Positions 10,438 through 20,290 of a stretch of 60,527 nucleotides of DNA are shown in pieces (positions within the stretch are counted from its first letter, which is position 1; every line of letters begins with the position of its first letter). The stretch spans positions 1-60,527 of the IMG/VR virus record IMGVR_UViG_3300043811_000231; one strand, given 5' to 3'. The notes beneath the pieces were generated by a model, which was not told the origin of the DNA, ran no database searches, and worked only from the letters and a program-made list of their open reading frames with translations. This DNA is from a virus. Lineage: Duplodnaviria; Caudoviricetes. The position numbers and the translations under genes were made by a program.

Positions 10438-10453
10438 AGTTTCCATCCGTCAA
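10438..10453 (-). promoter_or_regulatory. Phage promoter motif TTGACGGATGGAAACT upstream of capsid gene
   Basis: Near-identical to motifs at 20177, 45688, 19716(-) and 19882. Confidence 0.6.
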
Positions 10454-11131
10454 CTACATTTTAATTTCCGTACACTTGAATTGCCGAAGGTACGCCGCCG
10501 CTTTTTCCAAAACCTCTGGATTATCTTCAAACGACCCGATAGCCGCATTGCATCCAAAACATAAAAGCCCTCGGACTTGTAACGTTTGATGCGAATGATC
10601 AACGCACAGTTTTTGGTACCGAGAATCTTTTTCTTTTCGACTGCAGATCGCACACGCTCCGTTTTGAAGTTTTAATTGAGCATCGTATTGTTCAGGAGTT
10701 ACACCGTACGTCCTTTTCAAATGCCGAGTCCTATAAACTACAGACCGTTTTTCGGGATTTGATTTGTTCCACCTGTCAACCCTGGCAGCATCACATTTTT
10801 TGCACACGTGCTTTCGAAGCCCTTTTGATTGATCGTTCCAATAAAACTCTTCCACCGGTAAATACGAATTACACTTCTTACACTGCCGCACAGTTTCAAC
10901 CGGTACTTTTTGAGAACGGAGAGCGTGTCCATCGCCTCCGTGCTCGGCAATAAAAGTCTCACGCTTTTTTCGACGCACTTCTCGTGCGTGGACGGCCGCT
11001 TTTTCAGCACACACCGCGCACGAATATTTTGTTGCCAACGCTGCTTTCCCACAAACCGCACAAAGCCCCGCCACAAGGCGCCGTTCCCGAAGTGCTTTGA
11101 CTCTATCGTTTATGACTGGTGTTTCGTTCAT
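10454..11131 (-). CDS. Endonuclease VII-family homing endonuclease
   Basis: YGVTPEQYDAQLKLQNGACAIC...VDHSH...VRGLLCFGCN..IG motif; inserted between scaffold and capsid genes. Confidence 0.9.
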   Translation of the reverse strand: MNETPVINDRVKALRERRLVAGLCAVCGKAALATKYSCAVCAEKAAVHAREVRRKKRETFIAEHGGDGHALRSQKVPVETVRQCKKCNSYLPVEEFYWNDQSKGLRKHVCKKCDAARVDRWNKSNPEKRSVVYRTRHLKRTYGVTPEQYDAQLKLQNGACAICSRKEKDSRYQKLCVDHSHQTLQVRGLLCFGCNAAIGSFEDNPEVLEKAAAYLRQFKCTEIKM

Positions 11132-11173
11132 ACGTTCGTACTACATTACGAACGTACAACGTCAACCCCTTTC

Positions 11174-12334
11174 TCACATCAACGACTCAATAATGGCACT
11201 GTCTCCTTTTACGCCTTTGGTATTTTTACCAGGCGTCGGAGTGGGAAGATTGGTCGGAGGTGGTTGAACTTTTGCTCGTGCGGGTGCTGCTGGCTTCGAA
11301 GGTACCGCGGGCTTTGCCGGTGCCGCTACAGGTTCGGCTGGAGCTGTCGCAGCCGCAGCTGCAGCCTTTCCACCAAAGCGTTTGATCGCCCCGCGGACAA
11401 GCATCGCTGTTTCCTCCTGAAATTCATCCATGGTCATTTTACGAACCCGCTCCGCTTGGTCCTTGACCAAAACGTTTGCCGCGTTTTCCACGAGCTCACG
11501 GTAGTCGGCGAGATCTGGATTTTTTTCCTGAAATTCATCCCAAGCGCGATTGTCCTGCGCCTCAGTGTGTGCATCAATGAGCGGCTGCTGATCGGCGCGA
11601 ATCTGTTCCAACACTGGATTGAGCTCCACCGCAAGAGACTTTCGCATTTCCAAAACCGCATGCGCCGCCTGGCGCCGAATGATATTGTTGAACTCTTTCA
11701 CCGCGTCCGGACCGCCGGCCAAAATTTTATCCATCGTCGCTTCATCCACGGCGGGTCCACCGATCGTGGGGAGATTTTTCTCAACCCACTCGTTGTCTTT
11801 TTTCTGAACCTCCGCGCGCTCTGCGGCAAGCTCCTCGGGAGTTTTTGGTTTGGGCGCGACCGGGGCCGTCTCCGCGGGCTTATCCGGATTGGCGGTTTTG
11901 GCAATTCGCTCCTCCAACTCCTTTTCGGTCCACTCCTTTCCGCCGATCTTGATCTTTACTTCGGGCTTGGCAGGTTCGTCGATTTTTGCCGCAGGTTCTG
12001 CCGGTTTCGCTGGAGATGTAGGTTTAGGCTCCGGTTTTACCGGCGGTACTTTTGCCGGCGTTTTTGACGATGCTGGTTTCGCCGGAGCCGCAGGCTTGAC
12101 CGGCTCAGCAGGTTTTGCCGGAGGCTCGCCCCCGGCTCCTTCTTTTGCAGGCTCCTCGCCTGCCGCCGGCTCTTCAGAAGCTGGTGCTGGTGCACTTACT
12201 GGAGGCTCGACGCCCTCTTCGCCTTTCAAAGATTTTTCAAGGCTCCAGTCGGCCGGAAGACCGAGGGCTTCAGAAACTGAAACAGTAGGAGCCGCTGATG
12301 CGGCTGCCGGTGGTGCGGATATTGGTTTTGGCAT
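11174..12334 (-). CDS. Capsid scaffolding protein
   Basis: Pro/Ala/Glu/Lys-rich and helical; lies between portal and capsid. Confidence 0.7.
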   Translation of the reverse strand: MPKPISAPPAAASAAPTVSVSEALGLPADWSLEKSLKGEEGVEPPVSAPAPASEEPAAGEEPAKEGAGGEPPAKPAEPVKPAAPAKPASSKTPAKVPPVKPEPKPTSPAKPAEPAAKIDEPAKPEVKIKIGGKEWTEKELEERIAKTANPDKPAETAPVAPKPKTPEELAAERAEVQKKDNEWVEKNLPTIGGPAVDEATMDKILAGGPDAVKEFNNIIRRQAAHAVLEMRKSLAVELNPVLEQIRADQQPLIDAHTEAQDNRAWDEFQEKNPDLADYRELVENAANVLVKDQAERVRKMTMDEFQEETAMLVRGAIKRFGGKAAAAAATAPAEPVAAPAKPAVPSKPAAPARAKVQPPPTNLPTPTPGKNTKGVKGDSAIIESLM

Positions 12335-12337
12335 AGT

Positions 12338-12598
12338 TTATCGTTTGGTTGAAATTGGATCTTTTCGTGCCAAGATACCAAGGGCTGTTGTAAAACCTTG
12401 AACAATACCTTGTTGCATGGAAATTTTTTCAGGCGGAATAATGTCGAGAGCTTCCCTTGCCCGGGCCTGGGCCACTTCAAATTCGTACTGAATCAACTTC
12501 CGAAACGGCGATTCAGGCATTTTTTCCCACAATTGGGCCGCTTCCTGCTCAGAAATTCCTGTCGCTTCGACGAGAGAGCGTTGGATTATCGATTTCAT
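12338..12598 (-). CDS. Small head-module protein
   Basis: ATGA overlap with upstream stop; helical with QGIVQG motif as in small post-portal podovirus genes. Confidence 0.55.
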   Translation of the reverse strand: MKSIIQRSLVEATGISEQEAAQLWEKMPESPFRKLIQYEFEVAQARAREALDIIPPEKISMQQGIVQGFTTALGILARKDPISTKR

Positions 12599-12906
12599 GC
12601 TGCTTTGTGACACTGCCTTCCGTGCAGATTTAGGTGATGCTGCCGGCAGAGCCAACGCACATCAAAAGGCTTGGAATAATCATCGTGGTGCATCTGAGCT
12701 CTGGCGCCACACACTTCACATGGTTGTCGTCTTAACGCGCCTCTCCGCACTGCTCGGTTTGCCAAAGACCGCGCTTTTGTATGCGCGTCGTACGCATTTC
12801 CATTTTTAAGTCGGCTACTCTGTACACTTCGATTATGACACGCATAACAGGTCCGCTGCCCGGGCCTAGAAATGTCGCTTTTGCAGATCGAACAAACTGA
12901 AACCAT
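12595..12906 (-). CDS. HNH-like zinc-binding endonuclease
   Basis: AVRRGALRRQPCEVCG...HHDDYSKPFDVRWLCRQHH motif; real start taken as ATG 12906. Confidence 0.75.
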   Translation of the reverse strand: MVSVCSICKSDISRPGQRTCYACHNRSVQSSRLKNGNAYDAHTKARSLANRAVRRGALRRQPCEVCGARAQMHHDDYSKPFDVRWLCRQHHLNLHGRQCHKAA

Positions 12907-12985
12907 CCCGAATTGTTCTTTGTGGAACACGCCCACTTGCAACAAAAAACCTAATTTACGTGCACTAAAATACCTATTTTCGTGC

Positions 12986-15283
12986 TCAAGTATTGCCGGG
13001 ATGTACTTGCGGAGGGCCTGCACTCGGCATTGTTGGACCGCGAAGGGCTTGCATGGCAGATGCCATTCCTGGGCGCGGACCTGGCCGTGGGCCGCGCGGA
13101 GCGTGGCGTGGGTTCGGCGCTCCGGAAATAGGCAGGTGTGATGGACGGTGCCCCATCGGAGGCGGCGGAAGCCCGGCAGTCGTCGGAGGACCGCCCGGGT
13201 GGGGAATGATTCCCGGCGGCGTTGGACCCCCAGTGCCCGATTCGTTGATACCGATGTCAGCCATGATCTGAAACCGTTCGGCCGGAGTAAGTTCTCCGAT
13301 TTTTGCCGCCACCGCCAAACTGGGTTTGACCGGCGGGATCGGCTTCGGTTGCGCTGCCGCGGCCTGCTGCGCCTGTTGCAATAGCGCGAGTGCCTTTTGG
13401 ATTGCGGCCGGGCGCCAACGATATTTTTCCGGATCCTCGCCGGACGCACGAATGAGCGTGAGGAAAAGCTCCCGTGGATCGAGATTGCCATCTGCGGGTT
13501 TGAACATGTCCGGAAATTGCTGCATGCCTTCCAAAGCTCGGGTGATTGCCGCCACCTTTTTTGCGTCGGGACCCGGCAGCGCGCCGTCGTGCGCGCGATA
13601 TGTAAACGTGCCTTGGATAACATCGTTGGTAATGATGAATGGTCCATTCGAAAATTCCTCCGCAGTCTGGGGATCAACTCCGCTAATTTTTCGATACAAC
13701 GTGTCGTCAAAAAACTGCTGAAAATTTGCCACGAACCTCTTGGTTTGGGGAACGATCGCGCTGACGGAAAGAAGCCGGGCGATCGCCGACAGACGCCCCG
13801 CCGCCATTTGCTGCGTTCCAGAAAACTCCGTAGCCGTCACTCCGCCACCCGCGGACTGCCCCTGAAGGTTCTGATTGGCGCCGGACGTGGCCTCGGCAAA
13901 TGAAATAAAGCCTTTCATCTCACCCAAGAAATTCGCCGTCATGTCCACCATCGGCACTTGGCGAACTATCTGGCCTATGTCCATGTTCTGACCCTCGGGA
14001 AGAATCGATATAAACTTTCCCTCCTTCTCTGGATCCTCAAAGTCCGCAATGTCTATAAGATTGGACTTTGCTATAAACACATTGCCTATCGTTCGGGTCA
14101 CGGCCTCTTGGTGACGATTCTTCAGGTAGTCCACGTAGTCCTGAATGTTTTTCAAAATCATCACCCACGACGGAGAGAATTGATAAAATGGCGATGGTCG
14201 CGCTTCGCCCACCGAATATGGGAATTGGCTGTGTTCATAAGTGGACTCGTTGCAGGCCAACGGCTCTTTCTCGTTGCCGAGGATGATTTGAAAAACCTCC
14301 GGGTCCGTACGGTCGTCAATGTCGTAGTCTTTTGGGATAATTTTCACCCAAAGTTCAACGAAATCGATCACGCCTGGATCCTTAGCATCAGCCCTGGAAT
14401 CAACCGGTGTCGCCACCTTCCCGCGCTCGTACGCCGTGCGCGAAATCAAATCCTGCCCGGTCGGTCCCGTCGCCGTGCTGGACGTGGGGTAAGCAATGCT
14501 CTTGGTGGGTTTTTTCTTGAGCTCATTCACCCCGCGCGCCGATAGGTACATAGGGTCGTCCGGCTCTAACTCACTACGGTTTTTTATTTCATCCCACGTC
14601 TTGTTAATCCGGTGACCGGCAAACCGTCCTTCCTGCATCCGATAAATCGGCATCAACGGGTCCATGTAGAAATCGTATGGCGAAACCAACTCGACACGGT
14701 TGAAACCGCCTGTGCGCGTTTTTATTTTTTGAACGGAAGTGATCGGCTGCCCGGTGTCAGGATCGGCAGTGGGTTGTCCTTCTTCATCGAGCACCGGCGC
14801 CTCCTGCCACATCGACTTGTTGATTGGAGCAAAACAGTCGTAAAAAATTCCCCGGTTGTACGTCAGGGCGTTCTCGATCCACATGAACCCAATTTGATAC
14901 ATACCAGCTGGCTGCTGCTCGGCATTCCACTTCAATAGTTCATTCATATACCTAGCGGCGCCATCGTCGTCAGGACCGCCGGCATCAACCTTGTGCGGAG
15001 TATCGTCGCCAAACAACGTCTGCGCCAAAAACGTCGTCATGGTGTGAACGTGCGTGGCAGTAATTGGAAGAATATAACGACGGGGGGTTCCCTTGGCCAG
15101 CTTCACATAGTCCTGTTTGGTCAATGTAGCATAGCACATGAGTATATCATGCGCCGCATCAAAGTCGGCCGTATAGTAATCCAATGTGGCGCGCGCATGC
15201 GTCACATAGTCCTGACCGAGTTTCAAAATTCTTTTTCGAAACTCTTCGTCAGTGTCGAGCCGGCCTGTAAGTGACTGGGGCAT
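12986..15283 (-). CDS. Portal protein
   Basis: 765 aa after terminase; ELVSPYDFYMDP and TATE motifs of podovirus portals; Pro-rich C-terminal tail. Confidence 0.85.
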   Translation of the reverse strand: MPQSLTGRLDTDEEFRKRILKLGQDYVTHARATLDYYTADFDAAHDILMCYATLTKQDYVKLAKGTPRRYILPITATHVHTMTTFLAQTLFGDDTPHKVDAGGPDDDGAARYMNELLKWNAEQQPAGMYQIGFMWIENALTYNRGIFYDCFAPINKSMWQEAPVLDEEGQPTADPDTGQPITSVQKIKTRTGGFNRVELVSPYDFYMDPLMPIYRMQEGRFAGHRINKTWDEIKNRSELEPDDPMYLSARGVNELKKKPTKSIAYPTSSTATGPTGQDLISRTAYERGKVATPVDSRADAKDPGVIDFVELWVKIIPKDYDIDDRTDPEVFQIILGNEKEPLACNESTYEHSQFPYSVGEARPSPFYQFSPSWVMILKNIQDYVDYLKNRHQEAVTRTIGNVFIAKSNLIDIADFEDPEKEGKFISILPEGQNMDIGQIVRQVPMVDMTANFLGEMKGFISFAEATSGANQNLQGQSAGGGVTATEFSGTQQMAAGRLSAIARLLSVSAIVPQTKRFVANFQQFFDDTLYRKISGVDPQTAEEFSNGPFIITNDVIQGTFTYRAHDGALPGPDAKKVAAITRALEGMQQFPDMFKPADGNLDPRELFLTLIRASGEDPEKYRWRPAAIQKALALLQQAQQAAAAQPKPIPPVKPSLAVAAKIGELTPAERFQIMADIGINESGTGGPTPPGIIPHPGGPPTTAGLPPPPMGHRPSHLPISGAPNPRHAPRGPRPGPRPGMASAMQALRGPTMPSAGPPQVHPGNT

Positions 15284-15295
15284 TTACGCCAGTCC

Positions 15296-15787
15296 TCAAC
15301 CCTCATCGCCGAGAGCTTCAGATGGTGAAGCCGTATCGGGCGACGGCCGCTTAGGTTTGGAATCATCATCCTCGGCAGCTTCATCTTCAGAATCCGCTTC
15401 GTCGGTTCCGCCGGTGCCCTCACCGGCACCTTCGCCCTCCTCTTCTTCCTCATCTTCGTCATCCTCCACGCCTTCGCAGTCCGGATCGACGTGGGTTATG
15501 GACAAAGTAACTCGGGCTGACCCTTTCTTACCAGGCACTTCGTCACCGTAGCTGGCGCCACTCGACGTGCTTTTGACGATGTAGTGAACAAGCGCACAGC
15601 CTTTTTCACCCATGGTGGCTTTATCAAGCCCAAAGGCGGCAACCTGCGGCCCGGTGAGTTCGATAGTGGGAGCGTGCTTTGGCTTACTGGTTTCCTTGCC
15701 TTTACCGGACGAAGCGATGATGCCCCCCATGGACTTGTCGTCGCCGTACTTTTCCTTGTCAGAAATGATGAGTGTTTTCTTAGCCAT
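15296..15787 (-). CDS. Hypothetical head-associated protein with very acidic tail
   Basis: Small beta domain followed by Asp/Glu-rich C-terminus; between terminase and portal. Confidence 0.55.
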   Translation of the reverse strand: MAKKTLIISDKEKYGDDKSMGGIIASSGKGKETSKPKHAPTIELTGPQVAAFGLDKATMGEKGCALVHYIVKSTSSGASYGDEVPGKKGSARVTLSITHVDPDCEGVEDDEDEEEEEGEGAGEGTGGTDEADSEDEAAEDDDSKPKRPSPDTASPSEALGDEG

Positions 15788-15850
15788 GAGAGTAAGTGGG
15801 TTGACTGGTTGGAAAGTCTTACACTCGAAACTTTCCCCTGAGTCAATTCT

Positions 15851-16027
15851 TTACATTGACCCGTGCACCTTACGGCCGTGCGTGGCTAATTTTTGAAATG
15901 AAGAGAATCCGTATTTTTTACGTCCAATTGCAGCGGCTAATGCGCCTGGGTTTGTGACGCCCGGACGTTTTGCCAGGCTTGCTTTCAAGGAGGCGAAGCG
16001 TACTCCGGTTCCAAGTTTTGGTTTCAT
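15851..16027 (-). CDS. Small basic protein (58 aa; not in ORF track)
   Basis: MKPKLGTGVRFASLKASLAKRPGVTNPGALAAAIGRKKYG...; ATGA overlap with upstream stop. Confidence 0.7.
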   Translation of the reverse strand: MKPKLGTGVRFASLKASLAKRPGVTNPGALAAAIGRKKYGFSSFQKLATHGRKVHGSM

Positions 16028-16629
16028 TTTGTTGGTGCTCCATTAAATTTACAACACGCCGTGGGAAACACGCGGAAGTCGCCTTTGCCGCAGTACATGC
16101 TACGCCCCTGGCTATCCGGCGCATGCGCCTTCGATGCGAAGGGACAACGGTGGCAACCGAAGCCGGCTCCGTTCTTAGCCACTCCATACGCCGCGCCGGT
16201 CACATCCTCAATATTGGTCATCATCTCGGGATCGCCCGCGCACTTGTTCTCCCAATGGCGGCAACTCCCAGCCTTCTCATCCACCACGAGAGGATCGAGT
16301 TCCTTTTTCCCAAAAACCCACGTACATTTGGACTTGGTTTCCTTGTTACACCGGCCGCAGTTATAGTTCCCCTCCGGATCGTACGTCCGGGTATTCCCCG
16401 TGTACATATCGGCATAGTTGGCATGGTTGGCAAAATCCAACCGCTTGTGATTTTCTTCCAGCTCCCGCTCCGGACCCTGCGTCGTTGGTTGAATGCACAA
16501 TCCGTCCTCGCCACGAAGGGGATCGGTTATTTTTCTACCCTCCACTTTGACCACCGGGGGTTGTTCAACCCGGCCGTTTTTCACCTTGTACAGACTCGTG
16601 GCAAGGCCAGATTTTTTATTTTCGTCCAC
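16024..16629 (-). CDS. Cys-rich protein with two HiPIP-like Cys clusters
   Basis: CGRC..C..GSCRHW and CHRC..C..CCKF modules. Confidence 0.6.
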   Translation of the reverse strand: MDENKKSGLATSLYKVKNGRVEQPPVVKVEGRKITDPLRGEDGLCIQPTTQGPERELEENHKRLDFANHANYADMYTGNTRTYDPEGNYNCGRCNKETKSKCTWVFGKKELDPLVVDEKAGSCRHWENKCAGDPEMMTNIEDVTGAAYGVAKNGAGFGCHRCPFASKAHAPDSQGRSMYCGKGDFRVFPTACCKFNGAPTK

Positions 16630-16630
16630 G

Positions 16631-18247
16631 TCAGTAGTCTTTCTTTTTCGGGTTTATTTTCACTGCGCGCTGGGCAAGTACGCCAGTTTTTGGTTTAAGC
16701 TCTTCCATTAAGCGCTTGGCCAGCCGAAGGCAATTTATTTTCGGATACCGGCTGGCATCCTCCAAATGGTCCGCCCCGTTGGCCTGCGGCCCTTTGATCG
16801 GATCGCCGCTCGAATAACCTGCTTCGCCCGGCTTTGGATACCGGTACTCACCCAGATGCGCCACATACAACCGCGGGCAGTTCTTTTTATCGATCCGGTA
16901 CACGTACCGGCCGTTCGGATCCTTCGCCTGCATGAGCCGGTTCACAATCGAAATTGTCGTGTCGAGACTGCGAACCTTGGTCTGAAAGACCGGGTAGATT
17001 CCGTTTTTATTCATGACCTCGATCGACGAACCCTTGTCTCCACGCTGGGCACCCGCAGGGTCGCAGAAATCCAAAACTCCCGCACATACGCTGCGATCAT
17101 TAAAAAACGGAAACTCGTTTTCGGTGATGTCCTGAACCGCGATGCACTGCTTGTCGATGTCGCTCATCTCCTGGTAGTACTCGTGAAGATCCCACCAGTA
17201 TTCCACCGGCACCAACTCCCGGCCGATCTCAAAATCCAACCGAAAATATGCGGAGAAAATATTGGCATGAGTTGACCCGAAGTCCCACCCGCGAACCAGA
17301 TACGCCCCAGTGGGCCACGGTATATCATCGAACGCATGCTTGTCCTGACGGAAGGAGTGGAAGACCGGCTTGCCGTCGAAAAGCTCTGCGTATTGCCCAA
17401 GCAAATACCGCTGCCGGTGCGCGGGCTTGTCCTCGTACTGGTTCTCTAAATCTTCGATGTATGTGGGAGGAAGATTGTGTTTATTTTCCTCAGTGCGGAT
17501 GTGCCAGAAGGCGTGCGTATTGTCGCCACTTTTGGCCTTCTTCTTTTCCAACTTTGCGATCCAATGCCGCGGGCTGGGTGGGTTGGTGTCGAGAATGATG
17601 GAGTAGTCGTCGATAAAGTTTCCGTATGCATCGCGCCAGCGCAAACACCCACGCGCCAGGTCAAGGTCACTTTCCTGCAGCAAGTCGGCCTCGATCATGA
17701 TGAACATGGAACACTCATATCCGCGTAGCTGCCCCTCCGACTTGTCCTCGTCCTTCAGCCCGCGAAATTCGATGTAGCTGCAAAGCCGGTCGCCCACATT
17801 TTCGATCCACGTCTTGATCTGGGCGCGGGTCTTCATTCCATCCGCCCGAAACGCATTGTACGCCAGCATGGCGTCATCGGACGGGATCCGAACCGTCAGA
17901 CCGCCGTTCCACTTGCGAAACAAACTGATCTCCTCGTCCTGCTCGATCCTGTATCCCCATTTCACATACGTCTCGTTGAACGTCATGACGGAGGTATCGT
18001 CGTTCGACACTTGGGTTTTGCGCACGCAGAGCACCTTGGCCCCGGCGTAATGCTTGCAATGCCGCAACGCTTCGACCGCCACGGTGGTTGTTTTACCGGA
18101 CCCGCGCCCTCCTACCAAGCCCCGCACCCGGGCCTGGGACTGGTGGAATTCAAGGCACGAAGGCCCGGGCTTGTACCAGTCAGACGGATCAGATTCGCGG
18201 TGCACCTTGTGCAGCACCTCCAGGGATTTTTCCAGCACCGTCATCAC
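16631..18247 (-). CDS. terL: Terminase large subunit
   Basis: Walker A GGRGSGKTT, DTNPP motif, nuclease motifs GWDFG, CDPAG and DHLEDASRY. Confidence 0.93.
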   Translation of the reverse strand: MMTVLEKSLEVLHKVHRESDPSDWYKPGPSCLEFHQSQARVRGLVGGRGSGKTTTVAVEALRHCKHYAGAKVLCVRKTQVSNDDTSVMTFNETYVKWGYRIEQDEEISLFRKWNGGLTVRIPSDDAMLAYNAFRADGMKTRAQIKTWIENVGDRLCSYIEFRGLKDEDKSEGQLRGYECSMFIMIEADLLQESDLDLARGCLRWRDAYGNFIDDYSIILDTNPPSPRHWIAKLEKKKAKSGDNTHAFWHIRTEENKHNLPPTYIEDLENQYEDKPAHRQRYLLGQYAELFDGKPVFHSFRQDKHAFDDIPWPTGAYLVRGWDFGSTHANIFSAYFRLDFEIGRELVPVEYWWDLHEYYQEMSDIDKQCIAVQDITENEFPFFNDRSVCAGVLDFCDPAGAQRGDKGSSIEVMNKNGIYPVFQTKVRSLDTTISIVNRLMQAKDPNGRYVYRIDKKNCPRLYVAHLGEYRYPKPGEAGYSSGDPIKGPQANGADHLEDASRYPKINCLRLAKRLMEELKPKTGVLAQRAVKINPKKKDY

Positions 18248-19056
18248 CCAACCCTCGCAAATTCAGGGATGATCTTTTTAGCCGGCTCCGGCAGTACGAT
18301 CGCCCCCACCTGCGCACCCAGCTTTTTAAAATCAACTGAGGAGAGTTTCCGAACCGTCACCGCAGGATCATCCTCTGTGGCGTTTCCCGTTGGTGCCATC
18401 TCGATCCTGCCGCCCATAAGGGCGTCCACCTGCTTTACCCCGGTCACTGCGGGCTCCTGTTCAACCTGCTTTTGCATGCGGGGAGCCATAGCCGCGGCCG
18501 GCGGGTGGATGTGGAAGTGGGTGACGGGGCCGGTATTGACAGGAGCCTTGACCGCTCCGTCAGCAGGTGCCAGCTTGGGTGCAGGATCATCACCCAAAGC
18601 CATCATCGATGACTGGTCCACCAGCGCCGCCGCTTTCGCCAGGGTGGCGATCTCCTGCGGCTGCAGAAACAATTCAGCCGACGAATATGCGTCCAACACC
18701 TTCCGAATCTGGCCGCGCAAGTCCTGCGCCACCCCCAGCGCCGCCTCACGGTTCGCCTCGATTCGCTTCTGCGCATCCTTCAGCTGCACCATGGACATGG
18801 GGGAAACGTCGGGCGTGGGCGCGCGTAATGCCAGCTGCTGGTTCAGGCGCACCAGAGTTTCCCAATCCTCCGTGCGCGCCTTCGTTTTCACTTTTTTAAA
18901 ATCGATCTTCAGTTGATCAGACACCTCCTGTAATGATGCCCCCTTGGCATACAACAGAAAAGCCCCAACCCAGTTGGTGCCAGCATGGGTGCGCGCCGGG
19001 ATTGGCTTGGTAAGAGGCTGCGGCGCCCCCGCCGGTATTGTGACGGACTCGCTCAT
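18244..19056 (-). CDS. Putative terminase small subunit
   Basis: N-terminal HTH-like region (LYAKGASLQEVSDQLKI...W); immediately upstream of and overlapping terL. Confidence 0.6.
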   Translation of the reverse strand: MSESVTIPAGAPQPLTKPIPARTHAGTNWVGAFLLYAKGASLQEVSDQLKIDFKKVKTKARTEDWETLVRLNQQLALRAPTPDVSPMSMVQLKDAQKRIEANREAALGVAQDLRGQIRKVLDAYSSAELFLQPQEIATLAKAAALVDQSSMMALGDDPAPKLAPADGAVKAPVNTGPVTHFHIHPPAAAMAPRMQKQVEQEPAVTGVKQVDALMGGRIEMAPTGNATEDDPAVTVRKLSSVDFKKLGAQVGAIVLPEPAKKIIPEFARVG

Positions 19057-19332
19057 ATCGAAAAGTCGAAATCGTGCTCAGGCCAAGCAGTTGTATTCCT
19101 GTACTGTGGAAGATGGGGTGCGGACTTCAGTTGCTCGATACCGCCGAGCAAGTGCCCGAATTCAAAAGCAAGAATCGCACTTATCATTTCACCATCTTGC
19201 CACCTCGGGAATTTTTTGCCAGAAAATTAACCGGCTTTTTCCTGCGATGATGCTGCGGAACAAAGGGCCGCGTGGGCGCCCCTGTCGCCTTAATGTTATT
19301 CACCTGCTGCTGCGGAGAGGTGGAGCTGTGCA

Positions 19333-19524
19333 TCAGCGGCTCTTTCGGTAGGCGGAGGAAAGTCCGCCGGAGCGACGGGCCGTGCTCAAGGCCACGGCAA
19401 CAGCCTGCTTGTCCGCCTGGGCCTTTCCAAACTTGGCCTTCGTGCGCGCGAACGTCTTCCCCTTGTGGAATTCGGAAATGTTTCCGGAGATAGTTTTGCG
19501 CGATGCGCCAGGCGTGAGTGGCAT
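19333..19524 (-). CDS. Small basic protein
   Basis: MPLTPGASRKTISGNISEF...KQAVAVALSTARR, a pattern common at the head of phage structural operons. Confidence 0.65.
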   Translation of the reverse strand: MPLTPGASRKTISGNISEFHKGKTFARTKAKFGKAQADKQAVAVALSTARRSGGLSSAYRKSR

Positions 19525-19689
19525 AGGCTGCAGGATGTGTACGATGAAAAATTTTGCCAGAAAATTTTCTGGGTGTATGGCCGATCTCTTTACTGGTGTG
19601 AATGACGCCCCCATGCCGGGTGCGGATGGTACCACGAAGGAATTCCCGTTTTGGAGTTCGATTTCTCGTTTTTGGATTTGGCCCTCCCG

Positions 19690-19728
19690 CAATACCCTCC
19701 GCCGTCCATCCGTCAATACCCTCCGCCG
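19690..19728. repeat. 15-bp direct repeat CAATACCCTCCGCCG flanking a leftward promoter motif
   Basis: Copies at 19690-19704 and 19714-19728; TTGACGGATGGAC on the minus strand overlaps them. Confidence 0.75.
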
Positions 19729-19881
19729 ATGCGTCTAGGATGCCCGCCAAGGCCTATGAGTTGCCGCGCGCCGCCGTTCCGCGGGCCATCTGCCCGCCTG
19801 TCAGTCGCAACAACACACCCACAGTCTCAACAGCAAGCCTGTTTTTCCGCCTTGGAAATCCTTTTCTAGTATGGAAACTAC

Positions 19882-19910
19882 TTGACGAATGGACACAAAG
19901 CCGCTACAGT
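19882..19910 (+). promoter_or_regulatory. Sigma70-like early promoter
   Basis: TTGACG-17nt-TACAGT, 9 nt before ATG 19920. Confidence 0.75.
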
Positions 19911-19919
19911 ATCGGCACT

Positions 19920-20180
19920 ATGCACAACTTCAAAACGATCAAGCCTCTCAACTTCTTTCCGGCCATTGGTTTCAAAGCCGACTGCCTACCGTCTTACTGG
20001 TTTTGTGAAGGCGAAGAGTTCCAACTGCCCGCCGGCACTGTCGTCCACGGCACACTCGATCCGGTAACACCTGGCCGCTACCTAGTCAAAGCGGAGGGTG
20101 CGCGGCCGGCTTTTCGTTTCGTTGGTTTGGATGAAGCGGAGAGGATTGAAACGGAGGAAAGGTTGGCTTGGGTGACTTGA
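19920..20180 (+). CDS. Hypothetical early protein
   Basis: ATG just downstream of promoter. Confidence 0.6.
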   Translation: MHNFKTIKPLNFFPAIGFKADCLPSYWFCEGEEFQLPAGTVVHGTLDPVTPGRYLVKAEGARPAFRFVGLDEAERIETEERLAWVT

Positions 20181-20261
20181 CAGATGGAAAGTGGATGTCC
20201 AGATGGACACTCGCCACTAAACGAGCGCACACAAGAACGGGCGCCGTTCTGCCAGCAAACA

Positions 20262-20290
20262 CCCCAAAACCGAGGTTTTTGGGGAATTTT
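20262..20290 (+). terminator. Possible intrinsic terminator
   Basis: CCCCAAAAC-N-GTTTTTGGGG hairpin followed by AATTTT. Confidence 0.45.

Noticed and set aside
12907-13710. 371-aa ORF 12595..13710 as one gene
   Set aside because: The upstream part is an alternative frame over the portal 3' end; only the last 103 aa look like a real protein
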